A program made the translations under genes and the position numbers. A stretch of 64,000 bases of DNA from assembly GCA_965112735.1 (NCBI GenBank), contig OZ218952.1, positions 5,580,001-5,644,000 on the forward strand, written 5' to 3'. The notes beneath the pieces are model-generated. The model did not search any database. It saw nothing but the letters and a program-made list of their open reading frames with translations, and was not told the origin of the DNA. Positions 1 to 10,388 of the stretch are shown one piece after another. The stretch's first letter is position 1, and every line of letters begins with the position of its first letter. The stretch comes from Phaeosaccion multiseriatum (taxonomy: Eukaryota; Protista; Ochrophyta, other classes).

Positions 1-600
1 GGGCTGCGAGCCTGTCCGACAAGTACCTCACAGGTAAGTGGTACGATAGCAGTGGTTTGCGCCGAAGCTAGACAAGGACGGGCTCAAGCTGGACGCAGAC
101 AAGCTTCGCACTGACAAAGTCCTCACTGAGGTCTTTGCCAGGGCTGTTTAGAATGCTGTCCTGGACAAGAACAGGGAGAGTGAGCAGGAGGAGAGCGGGC
201 GGTCTTTCAACAAGGACCTGGGGTGTAGCTCTGCTGGAAAAGCTCGTGGACTTGGGTGTCGTCTTCGAGAAGGCGGATCCTGGTGATGACGCCATTCGTG
301 CCGAAGTCTCCCCGCGCATGCCAGATCCGATGGTTGACAAGCAGGGGCAGAAACTATGAGATGCGGCACAGTCGGTCAGCGATTCTTTGAACGACAAGGA
401 GGTTAATTTTAAAGCAGCTGTGCCTCACGCTGGAGCGCCCCCCTTCGCTAGGCACGATTGCGAAACTGGCGGCGACTCTCTGTGGTGGTGGGCTGGAGGC
501 AAGGGGCGTGGTTTGCTGCTACCGAGGAGGCTACATGGCCTGTCGCAGCTGCGTGACCAGCGAGAAGATGTGTTTGCTTTTGCCATAAGAGTGGCCGGCA
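1..600 (+). pseudogene. Degenerate coding relic of unknown identity, possibly with a broken RING-like Cys cluster
   Basis: Donor cag|gtaagt at 34. Coding-like sequence (DKDGLKLDADKLRTDKVLTEVFARAV*NAVLDK; ALLEKLVDLGVVFEKAD...QKL*DAAQ) is interrupted by stops and frameshifts. CYRGGYMACRSCVTSEKMCL near 517-575. Confidence 0.3.
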
Positions 601-775
601 CAGTGAAAGATACGTTGATTTGTCACCATCCCGATACATGCAGATACGCAAGCATTCAAGTAAAGTTCAATCGTCACCCCAAGTTGGCGTACAGAAAAAG
701 TCGATTGTCGTATCCATTACTCAACCTTTAGGAGGGAAGAGATTCGTGTGGAACTCCCCCCCTTCCCCCTTGTTG

Positions 776-1990
776 ATGTGTCAATCATCGACACGGGATG
801 GATCTAGATACAGATAGAAGGGTGTCGCAGAACCCACAGTCCAGCCTACGACGACAATTGTCAATTAGACTACTACTAGACAAGTGGAGCGACTGGTACG
901 TGTATTAATACAGCTTAACCCGAGAGCAAGCCTGCTGGCTGCCCTGTCCTTACACAACCAGGCTCTGAGAGAGGAACCCAGGCTCCTGAGCGACGTGCGT
1001 CAGTACTTCGCATATCACAAATGGCATCGACCTACAAACATCCCCAATGCCTAACCCCAGCTTCTTGCTCCCCCCTCATTAGCACTATATACTACTGTAA
1101 CCCCCATACTGCCACACTAACTAACACTACTGCAACTGCATACTACCCCGCTAACTAATACTTAAACTACAAGGCCTAGAAGCCAAAATGCGAGGGATAA
1201 TACTGCAGCTCCAGGAAAGAGGGCAGCCCAGCACCACTCCCAATCGGCCTCCTCCTCTTTCTCCTTCTTATCTTATCACACATTTCAAGCACACCCTTTC
1301 ACTTCCCCCCCCCACCCTCCTGTTTGCTTTCCCTCTGTCTCTTGCTTTTCTACATATCCGCCAATCGCCGCTGGGCTTCCAAGCAAACTTGTTCGACCTC
1401 ACGCAGTTGTGTTTTCAGCATTCCCTCGTCTTCTGGGTGGATCTGTATCCATCGGCGCTCAAAGTCCGCGTATCGAAAAGGTCGATTGTCGTTCTCAACG
1501 TACGCGGTTCCATTCTCCATAAAGCTGTAGCGCTTCTTGTCTGGAAACCCCCCATCATCTCCCTTGTTGTAGTTGAGTCGATGATAGTTGGCGCAATCCA
1601 AGGGCTCAACAAGAGTGCGGTAGTTGTTGGCCCTAGTCAACCATGTGATGTGAGGTGCGTCTGTCCAGGGAAATCGAATGCTTGCATTCCACCACCTCTC
1701 TTCGTCCAAAGGCGGGTTTCCCTTGAGAGCCCCGTCCCAAAATGCAGCCAATTCTCGGCGTGCCTCCTCAGCCTCGGTCTTCCTCTGGTCATTTTCCCCG
1801 AGGCGATACACATGAACGTGCCACGGCACCTCCGAGCCCTCTTCTGTCAAGGCGGACGCCTCCAAGGACTCCTTAATGGACCCTAGTCTGGCCAAATTTC
1901 TTGTCATCCTTTCCTCCTCCTTATTGCGCTTGTTCTTGTCGATGGTGCCCATGATGTACTCCAAGGTAAAAAAAGCAACCAACCATCTCC
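776..1990. repeat. Segmental duplication, copy A (paralog of ~10389-11800)
   Basis: 776-847 matches 10389-10460. 1204-1223 matches 10512-10531. ~1220-1895 matches ~11030-11703 at very high identity, with ~225 bp identical from ~1313. Similarity decays through ~1990. Confidence 0.95.
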
Positions 1991-2018
1991 CACCTCCTCT
2001 ACTATCCTTCTCCGTCAT
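1350..2018 (-). CDS. Stand-alone EDS1-family EP-domain-like protein with short hydrophobic N-terminus (paralog A, 222 aa)
   Basis: Open, apparently intronless ORF. ARRELAAFWD...WLTRANNYRTLVEPLDCANYHR...AYVENDNRPFRY matches the EP-domain pattern recalled for EDS1 (KRAELAGVFD...WIKLATRYRRLVEPLDIANYHR...PYMKRGRPTRY). No lipase domain in the ORF. Confidence 0.8.
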   Translation of the reverse strand: MTEKDSRGGGRWLVAFFTLEYIMGTIDKNKRNKEEERMTRNLARLGSIKESLEASALTEEGSEVPWHVHVYRLGENDQRKTEAEEARRELAAFWDGALKGNPPLDEERWWNASIRFPWTDAPHITWLTRANNYRTLVEPLDCANYHRLNYNKGDDGGFPDKKRYSFMENGTAYVENDNRPFRYADFERRWIQIHPEDEGMLKTQLREVEQVCLEAQRRLADM

Positions 2019-2348
2019 ACCCTCCTACACAGGAGCTAAGTAAAGCTAAGGCTACGAACTCCCCTCTCCTTTTTTTGATGATTCCTTCTCGAAATGGCGT
2101 TTTCTTCCCTGCGTTCACCTCCCTCCCCTTTCCTGTGACTGCGATTACTGCGATGTGGCCCTGCTCCATCTCTCTCTCTCCTCATTTGTTGTTGCTTCTC
2201 GGTTTTGAGATGTTGCTAGTGAGAGAGGGGAAAAAAAAAAAATCAGTTTCACAGTTTCAGAAAAAAAAAGGGGGGAGAAGCCCTCATGTTCTCATATTCA
2301 GGTGTTCGTGCCCCCCCTTCTCACTCTTTCCTTTCCCTCTTCAACCCT

Positions 2349-2525
2349 CTGCTATCTGCTATCTGCTATCGCCGGCGCCAGCCGGCATGCTATCTTCTAT
2401 CACCAGCGCCAGCCGGCGTGCTATCTGCTGTCCGCTGGCGCCCCTTCCCCTCCCCTATTGAGCTATCGCTATCGCTAGTGCCGGGAGCTATATCGCCGGA
2501 GCCACCCGGCACGCTATTCGCCAAT
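2349..2525. repeat. Cluster of GCTATC and GCCGGC motifs (degenerate ~29-bp units)
   Basis: ctgctatc x3, gccggcgccagccggc, accagcgccagccggc, gctatcgctatcgcta. Confidence 0.6.
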
Positions 2526-2590
2526 GGTGATGCGGCCCGAAGGGTCGATAGCTGAGCTGACGGCGATACCTCAAAACCGTGTCAGGGGTC

Positions 2591-2682
2591 GCACGCACAC
2601 ACACACACACACACACACGCACGCACACAGACACACACGAACACACACACGCACGCACACACACACACACGCACACACGCAC

Positions 2683-2717
<35 letters not shown>

Positions 2718-2762
2718 CACGCACACGCACACACAGACACAAAAACAAACACACATATACGC
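2591..2762. repeat. (CA)n microsatellite
   Basis: Direct observation. Confidence 0.98.
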
Positions 2763-3556
2763 AGGCGTTCGGGGGGAGGCGGGAAGTCCGTACAGGATTC
2801 AAACTTGCGTGAATACCTCTGTTGGCGGTTGGGCGGGAGAGAGGAGCGGAGAGCAGAGCAGAGCAGAGACGACAGGAACGGGGTAGAGCGAGCGGCAACG
2901 GGGCAGAGCGGTGGTAGCCTACAGGGAGGAAACAAGACCCATGAATGTCGATGAATGGGAGGAGAGACCTTGAGCAGGCCGGCAGGAAAAAGTAGGAGGA
3001 GACAAAAGGACAGCACACGCCAACCTTCAACAAGCAAGGCCTAGACCACGCTGCTCCAGCCATCTGATTGCGACGGGAGGTGTAAAGCTCAGGAGCGAGA
3101 GGAGGAATTCCCGTGCTGATGCCACACGACTTTCTGCCGCAGCCAGCTGGCTGTTCCCTCGGATCTGAAGCAAGGGTGAAATGCGCCGTGTGTGAGGAGA
3201 CCTGGAATAAGGAGCTGGCAGCATCCAGGCGGGGTGGTGGGTGTGGCTGGTGCGTTCAATTGGCGACGATTGCAGCGCACGAGCCTCGGATGGTCGCCTC
3301 TTTATGTCTTATCGCTCCTCCAAGAGGCCGGACTTCCTCCTTCTGGCCCACTGGCTGCTATTCGCTCGCCGCAACAGCAGGCAGCACACCCCGCCCGCTC
3401 ACGGGTCACATCGGAGCCCCGTCTGTCGCGCCAGACCTTGCTTGCTTGGAGGAGACGATGCTTCTTCGCCTCCATGATCTGCTGTAGCTAACAAGCGAGC
3501 CTCGCCCCCCCACCCCGTAGCAAGGCACTTGCCACCCAGAGACACACCGAGGCCCT

Positions 3557-3567
3557 CTCTTCTCTCG

Positions 3568-3630
<63 letters not shown>

Positions 3631-3643
3631 CTCTCTCTCTCTC
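3557..3643. repeat. (CT)n microsatellite
   Basis: Direct observation. Confidence 0.98.
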
Positions 3644-4446
3644 GGCTGATGCTCTTACACCTGCGAGCAAGGCGCTTCACCCCTTTTGCGGCCCTGCGCT
3701 GGTGGCACCGAGGGAAAGGCGGCTCTTGACCATCTTGATAAGAACGGAATGACTGTGGCAGTGTGGCTGGTGGTATCGACTTGAGAAGGTGTAGCTAGGG
3801 CCTGCCTCAATCCTTCGGCTCGTGGCACTCTCGCTCGCTCACGCAGCACAGCACGCCTTGGTGGGAATGCGGCGGAGCGGTGGGGCTGTGAGGCTTGAAG
3901 GCCCCCAATCGCAGAGACGTGGCAAGCGTGAGTGGACTACAACTTGTACTCCGCTGACTGTTGATTTACAGTGATACATAGAAAGGGAAAGTTCAAAAGT
4001 ACAACACCACACACACCAACACCACACCAACACCAACACCATACTTCATACCACCACACAACAACTCACGCCACTTACACGGAAAACATCAAGCACAAAA
4101 TAAAACAAAAGAGAGGGTCCGTGCGTCAACCACTTCTCAGTTCACACCCACGAAAGGGAGAAGGTTTCGTTGCTTCACTGAGAGGAAGCGTCCCGAGCGA
4201 CTCACTGGCTGGGCCCGTCTCTCTGAGTGACGAGTCAGCGACTGCATTGGAGACAGACTTGCCAATAGGCACTGGCATGGTGATGTCGCGCCACTTCGCA
4301 TGGAGCGAGCCACTCACCCCGCGGGCCTCACTCGCAGAGCAGGAAGGGTAGAGTAGCGGTAGGGCAGGGCGGAGTAGCATGCTTTCCCTGCGCGTGCTTG
4401 TTTGCCTCTGGCTCAAAGCCGACTGGCGAGCAAGACGAAGAGAGGA

Positions 4447-7400
4447 TTATACTTGAGCCTCAGAGGTCCTCACCCGTCTCTTGCTTACGGCATAACCGAT
4501 ACCACCCAGCAGCAAGACGCCCGCTCCGGTAGCAGTGGCACCGATGATGATGGTTTCCTTGTTGATGCTGCTGCTGCCGTCGTCGTCGTCCGGCACCTCG
4601 GTGTCTCCCGTCGTGAGGTCGGTCAGCAGGAGACCATCGTCCGCGGTCCCCGTGTCGAAGCCCAGGGCATAGATGACGTTGTCTCCAAAGTCAAGGGAGG
4701 CCTCATCCCAGTTGCAGTACTCGCTGCTGGTGCAACCGGAGTCGGCTTGGGCGGCGAGGGTGAGTGTCTCCACAGCGGTTACGTTTCGACCGCCTAGCTC
4801 CACGATCTCTGTCAGGCTGCGGAGGTTGCGGCGGCGGCGGCGGCGGCGGCTGACGTCCTCGGCATCAGCATAGGCCGTGACAGTCGTCTCTGCTGCCGCA
4901 GAGTCTGAGTGAAGAGAGGGAGGATGGGTTGAGGAGTGGTGGACAGAATAGAGAGTGACGGGAGTGAGAGAGTGAGAGAGATTGTGTGTGTGTCGTCCCA
5001 CGGTGATGCGACGCGCATATCGCAGCGGTAGAGAGCGCGTAGGGAGGCAAAGTTAGGACGTAGGACGAGGGAGGACAATTCTAAAGTATTGAGCGAAACT
5101 GTAAGGTGCATCGGGCGAAACACTCTCCCCCCCCTTGAAAACCAACGCCCAGCGTCAGTGCTTTCCTCAGAAAGGGAGGCAAGGCAAGCAAGGCAATCAA
5201 GACAAACAAGACAAGGGAAGGAAGATAAGAGATAAGACAGACAAGTCAGCCAAGGCAAGGCGTTGCGAGTGGCTCGAAAGAGACGCCTACTTACAGTAAA
5301 AAGCCGCGCCGTTCTCGATGCCGGACTCGTACGTGACGTATGACTCGGGTTCGGTGAAGTGCATTGCACTGGTGGCGGCGTTAGGTGCATTGTCGAAGGC
5401 TACTTCGCCACCTGCGTCCGTGTCCACCACGCGGGTCACTCCCGAGCTAAAGGCCAGCCCCTCTGACTCAAGCAAGAGGTCCCCGAGCTCCACCGACTCA
5501 GTGGCGGTGGCGTTGCCGAGGGCCCCGGACAGGTCAATTACCTCCACCTCAGGGACGATCGCCACGGGTGGAGTGGTGGCTGCAGTCGGTGGCACAGTGG
5601 GGGCTGTATAGAGAGCGAGGTGGCGCGGTGAAGACGCCGAGAAGAAGGGGTGGCGTGAAGGTGGGGTAGGATGGGGTAGTCCGTTAGCTCGAAGTACAAT
5701 AGCGGGGAGGGAGAATGGATTCAAGGGCGCAGTGGCCCCCTTTCCGGAGCAGGCCGGCAGAAGGGAAACAGCAGCAGCGGTTCTCATAGCTATCCACTGA
5801 GCCTCAGTAAGTCACCTACTCAATGCATCACTCGATGCCTCGCTCAATGACTCAATCACTCACTTACTTCACCTTTCACTCATCCCCCCACCTATCCACT
5901 CAACCACGCAATGACCCACTCATTCACTCACCGGTGGTTGGGGCCACTGTAGGAGCCACAGTCGGCGCCGGAGTGGGTATTGGATGGAGAGCCGGGCGGG
6001 CCGTCGAGAAGCAGGCAGAGAAGAAGAGGAGGTGGGTGGCTGGTCAGTTAGCTCTTAAGAAAATAGTGGAGCCGGAGGAATGTGTCAGAGGCGCATTTGC
6101 TCTATTGCTGCAAAGGCCGGCAGAAGGAACCGAAGCAGCGGCTCTCGTGCTCACTGAGCGTAACTGAACCATTCAATCACTCATCCACTCACCCACTCCA
6201 CTCACTCACTCACTCACTCACTCACTCACTCACCCACTCACTCACTCCCTCACTCATTCACCCACTCATCACCCACACACTCACCCACCCACACACTCAC
6301 TCACCGACTCACTCACTCACTCACCCACTCACTCACTCACTCACTCACTCACTCACTCACTTCTCACCCACCCACTCCCTCTCACACTCACCCACCCACC
6401 CACTCACTCACTCACTCACTCACTCACTCACTCATTCGCTCGCTCGCTCACTCACTCACTCACCCACTCACTCACTCACTCACTCCCTCACTCACTCACT
6501 CACTCACTCACTCACTCACTTGTGGTGGGTGCGGCAGTTGGAGCCATGGTGGGTGCGGCAGTTGGAGCCAAAGTGGGTGCGGCAGTTGGAGCCATGGTGG
6601 GTGCCGCAGTTGGAGCCATGGTGGGTGCCGCAGTTGGAGCCATGGTGGGTGCGTGGTTGCACTCAGTCGTAAACATATCTGAGGTCAAGTCGAAGGGCTC
6701 GTTGCCACTTGTTGGCATGGATTGCAGCTGGGCGAGCAAGTGCCCGGAGATGGAGATGTTGAGCAGCCCATATTCGGTGTTGGTTGTGTACGCTTCAAAG
6801 CCTGTTTCGATGTCATCGAAGGTGTAGTTGCCGAAGGGAACGCAAATGACATCGCCTTCACCGGGGGAGAAGTCTTGGATTATGTCGTACGCTCCCTCCT
6901 GTCAGCAGTGATTACCCAGGCAGGGTGGTGGGCCCCGTGGAAAGGAGATTGCAGAAGTCAAAGTGGTGACAAGACGGAGGAAGAAGGAGAAGAAGAAGAA
7001 GCAGGAGAAGGTAGGTAGAAGGAACCACGAGCGAGGCAGAGGTCAGAGTGCAGCCATGGGCGGGGATGGTGGATCGGTGGGAATGGAGAGAGGACGGGGA
7101 CGGAGCTTGCTTCGTCACGCATGAGGCCGACGGATTTAATGGAGGAGTCGTTGCGTTTGTTCTGCACTATAAGGACTGCTCGTAGTAGCCGGGCTTACCT
7201 CGGTGTCATACAATGTGGTAAGGACGAATACGTCAGCGCCATCGCCACCCTCCAAAGTATTCTGGCCGCCTTGTCCCTGGAGAGTATCGCTGTTGTCACT
7301 CCCGTAGAGTTTGTCCGCGCCCGCCCCACCCCAAAGAATGTCGTTCCCTGTGGAACCTGCAAACAAGGAGAGAGGGGTGTTACGGTGGGCCAAAGTGAGA

Positions 7401-9364
7401 GCAGGCAGGGATACGCGCTCATAACCACCGGCCTTCCTGAGCGTACCGCTTGCTCACCATAAAGGTTGTCATTCCCGTGTCCACCGGAGAGCAAGTCTTG
7501 CCCGTCACCTCCCGAGAGAGTGTCTGTGGAGTTGCCGCCGTAGAGTCGGTCATCCCCATCCCCTCCCGACATCTCGTCCTGGCCATCACCGCCGAACAAG
7601 ACATCACTTCCTGACGATCCTTCCATGCGATCACTCCCCTCTCCCCCGACGAGCCTGTGCGGGTGGGGTGGATGTGGAACATGCATACACGGGTGTGTGT
7701 GTGTCGAGCGACTCTCAGCAAGCAAAGAAAGAATGCTCTTCTTGTTCCCACAGAATCAACCCTTCAGCCAGGCACTCACGTGTCATTCCCGTCACTTCCC
7801 GTCATTCTGTCGGACCCCGGCCCGCCATACAGCTTGTCGTTACCCGTGTTTCCTGACAAGGTGTCATCCCCTGCTCCGCCGAAAAGCACATCGTCGCCAG
7901 CGTCTCCATTCATTTCATCCGACCCACCACTCCCGTAAAGCATATCGTCGCCAGCGCCTCCAGAGAGTGTGTCCGTTCCGTCATTCCCGAACAAGACATC
8001 GTTTCCTTCGCTGCCATTTTGGTAATCGTTTCCATCACCGCCATAAATTTTGTCGTCGCCATCACTTCCACGGAGTTGATCCTCTCCTTCGCTCCCGTAA
8101 AGCACATCGTCGCCAGCACCTCCATAGATTGAGTCCGTTCCGGTGTTCCCGAACAAGACATCGTTTCCTTCGCTGCCATATAGGTAATCGCTTCCGTCAC
8201 CGCCATAAATTTTGTCGTGGCCATCATTTCCATAGAGAAAATCCTGTCCTTCGCTCCCGAACAAGACGTCGTTTCCTTCGCTGCCATATAGGTAATCGCT
8301 TCCAGCACCGCCATATATTTTGTCGTGGCCATCACTTCCAAAGAGTCGATCCTCTCCTTCGCTCCCGTAAAGCACATAGTTGCCGTCGTTACCCCTTAGG
8401 TAATCGCTTCCTTCCCCACCGTAGATCCTGTTCGGTGTGTTTCAATTTGTGGGGGTAGGTGACGGCGCGTGTGAGGAGCAAGTGGTCGAGTGAGGGGCGG
8501 AGTCGAGGGTGAGTTGCGGTGTGTAACAGCGTGTTCGTGTGTCAGCCAGGTGGCTGGTCGAGTGAGGGGAGTTTGTAAGTCGAGCCGATCCAGCGCCGAA
8601 CACCTGTCTGTCAACCACACACTCACTCACGTGTCATTCCCGGCATGGCCAGAGATTCTTTTGCAGAGCGGCAGCGCGCAGCAGTAATGCGGTCGGAGGA
8701 GAGATTCCGTCACAACGTCAGAGCCAAGGACGGGTGGGAGGAGCGCACACGGCGGAGAGGGAGGGCAGAACATGAACACGGGTAGGTCGGGCTTGGCTGG
8801 CTGACTGCAAGCAGAAAGGACGGCGGACCAGGCACCGCCCCCACTAGCTAGCCTATCGCCCCGTAGCTACCACTCCCTCTACATGTCTGACTACCCCCAA
8901 CACGACCTCTTCCCGCTCCTTACGTATCTGAAGTCCAGGTTTGTCATCCAGCCAACAGCATCGAGAGAGCATATGTGTTTGCAAGGCGAGGGGAAGCAAG
9001 AGGAAGGGCTTGGGAATAAGAACACACGTGCAGTTCGCATAGAGCGTAGAGGAAATAGCGAGAGAGGAGGAGGGGCAGCAAATATGTAATCTTTTTGGGG
9101 AAGGTTTTGGTTAGCTACTCTCAGCCAGCAGCATTGCTGACCATGAGAAGCTCTCCTTCCTACGGCTTACTTACCACTGCCTCCGAAGCCTCTGATCACG
9201 TCATTCCCTCTCCCTCCAGCAAGTGTGTCGCTAGTGCTACCACCAGACACCGTCAGATCTGCAGACGTATCTACTTCCGGAATTGCACCACCAAGGACAG
9301 TGGGCAGCGTTGTACCAAGAAGCAGCACCAGGAACAGGGCTTGCACTTCACTTCGGCCGATCAT
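4447..9364 (-). CDS. Type I membrane/surface protein: signal peptide, ~39 RTX (hemolysin-type Ca2+-binding) nonapeptides, RTX C-terminal cap, PTAAPT stalk, RRRRNLR site, TM helix
   Basis: Phase-consistent GT-AG exons: 9364-9175, [8927-8924], 8657-8631, 8427-7780, 7654-7458, 7356-7199, 6898-6520, exon ending 5932 (acceptor uncertain), 5603-5295, 4904-~4447. Signal [25 protein letters not shown]. Repeats DxLxGGxGx. Cap GADVFVL...[43 protein letters not shown]. The 3' end may extend to ~4126. Confidence 0.88.
6165..6519. repeat. (TCAC)n tetranucleotide, read as (GTGA)n from the donor of an RTX-gene intron
   Basis: Direct observation. Confidence 0.95.
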
Positions 9365-9699
9365 GTTCTTGTTGGCTTGTATGTTGCGGGGAGGAGTAGT
9401 GTGCTAGAAGAAGAGAGAGAAAAGAGGAGAGAGGAGGGAAGGAAGAAGAAACTGTAAAGTGAAACGCCAAGAAAACCGCCGTCATAAAGGGGGGAAATTA
9501 TTGACTTAAAAAGGCACGTAAATTCAAGCTCGTAATTGGCCCCTGAAATGCTTCTGAGGCGACCCTGCTTCCTGCTTCTGGCCGGCGCCAGCCGGCCAGG
9601 CAGGTTCCAGGCTCTGGGGGAAAGCCATGTAATAAGGCAATGATGAGGGCCAAGGTTGGTTCCTGGTTCTGGGCTGGCGTGTCTCAGAACCATGACAGG

Positions 9700-10090
9700 G
9701 GCCGATCGTAAGCTCATTCAAGCTCATAATATATGCCAATATGAAATGCTCACAACATGCATCTCGTCGCCTTCTCGGTCTGTGGAGGAGTGAGTAGTAG
9801 GATTATAAGTGTGATCAGTACGAGTGTGAGGGGGGTAGGATGAGGCAATGAACCGACCAACTGACCGACCTGCCCCTCACTCCCTCCCGCCCTCGCTCCC
9901 TCCCCTGCCTCTCTCCACCCCCCCCCCACCCCACCCCACCCTCTCCCTGCCCCCCCTCCTTCCCTCCTTCTCACCTGGCGAGTACCCAAGGTTGAGGGGC
10001 ACCCTAAGTCAGTGAGTTTGACCAGTCCGTCCTTGGTAGTGACTAAGTTAACGCCCTTGATATCTCTGTGCAGCACGTCCTCTCCAACAC
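9700..10090 (-). pseudogene. Decayed CDC15/MAP3K-epsilon-like Ser/Thr kinase fragment (subdomains VIb-VIII)
   Basis: Acceptor followed by VLE, then a frameshift to VLHRDIKGVNLVTTKDGLVKLTDLG (family: HRDIKGANILTTKxGLVKLADFG). The next exon EGDEMHVVSISYW resembles VVGTPYW and is followed by a stop. No N-lobe is seen. Confidence 0.75.
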
Positions 10091-10242
10091 CTGGAAAATG
10101 AATGTCCATACAGTGGACGAAAGATCGACATCGATATATAAGATCGACGTCGACAGGCCTGCCTGCCCGCTCCACACCCGTGAGCTTCACCTGCCGCCTT
10201 TCGCCTTACTCTTCTCTTTGGGGGCTTGCCGCCTTCAACAGC

Positions 10243-10284
<42 letters not shown>

Positions 10285-10388
10285 TGATACAGCCGCCGCC
10301 GCCTCGGGCTATCATCGTCCTCGCTCTCGCTTCCGCCCTTGCTGCTGCCCAGCCGATACTTTTGCTGATCTTCGCTTCCCGCCCTCAT

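Noticed and set aside
1188-1886. Plus-strand 232-aa ORF and its 276-aa counterpart at 10866-11696
   Set aside because: These are antisense shadows of the EP ORFs with different starts and no recognisable motifs.
3113-3487. CAVC...CGWC zinc-finger-like ORF
   Set aside because: Spacing is unconvincing and there is no supporting exon structure.
3530-3556. GVSLGG (lipase-like GxSxGG) on the minus strand upstream of EP paralog A, suggesting a full EDS1 lipase domain
   Set aside because: It lies just after a (GA)n tract in what looks like an intron (donor ~3660, acceptor ~3482), lacks the preceding hydrophobic strand, and no other lipase motifs or spliceable frame to 2018 were found. A profile search of 2019-4100 would settle it.
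7199-8427. Bacterial contamination explaining the RTX repeats
   Set aside because: The repeats are split by phase-consistent GT-AG introns with host-type microsatellites and are fused to a eukaryotic signal, stalk and TM.
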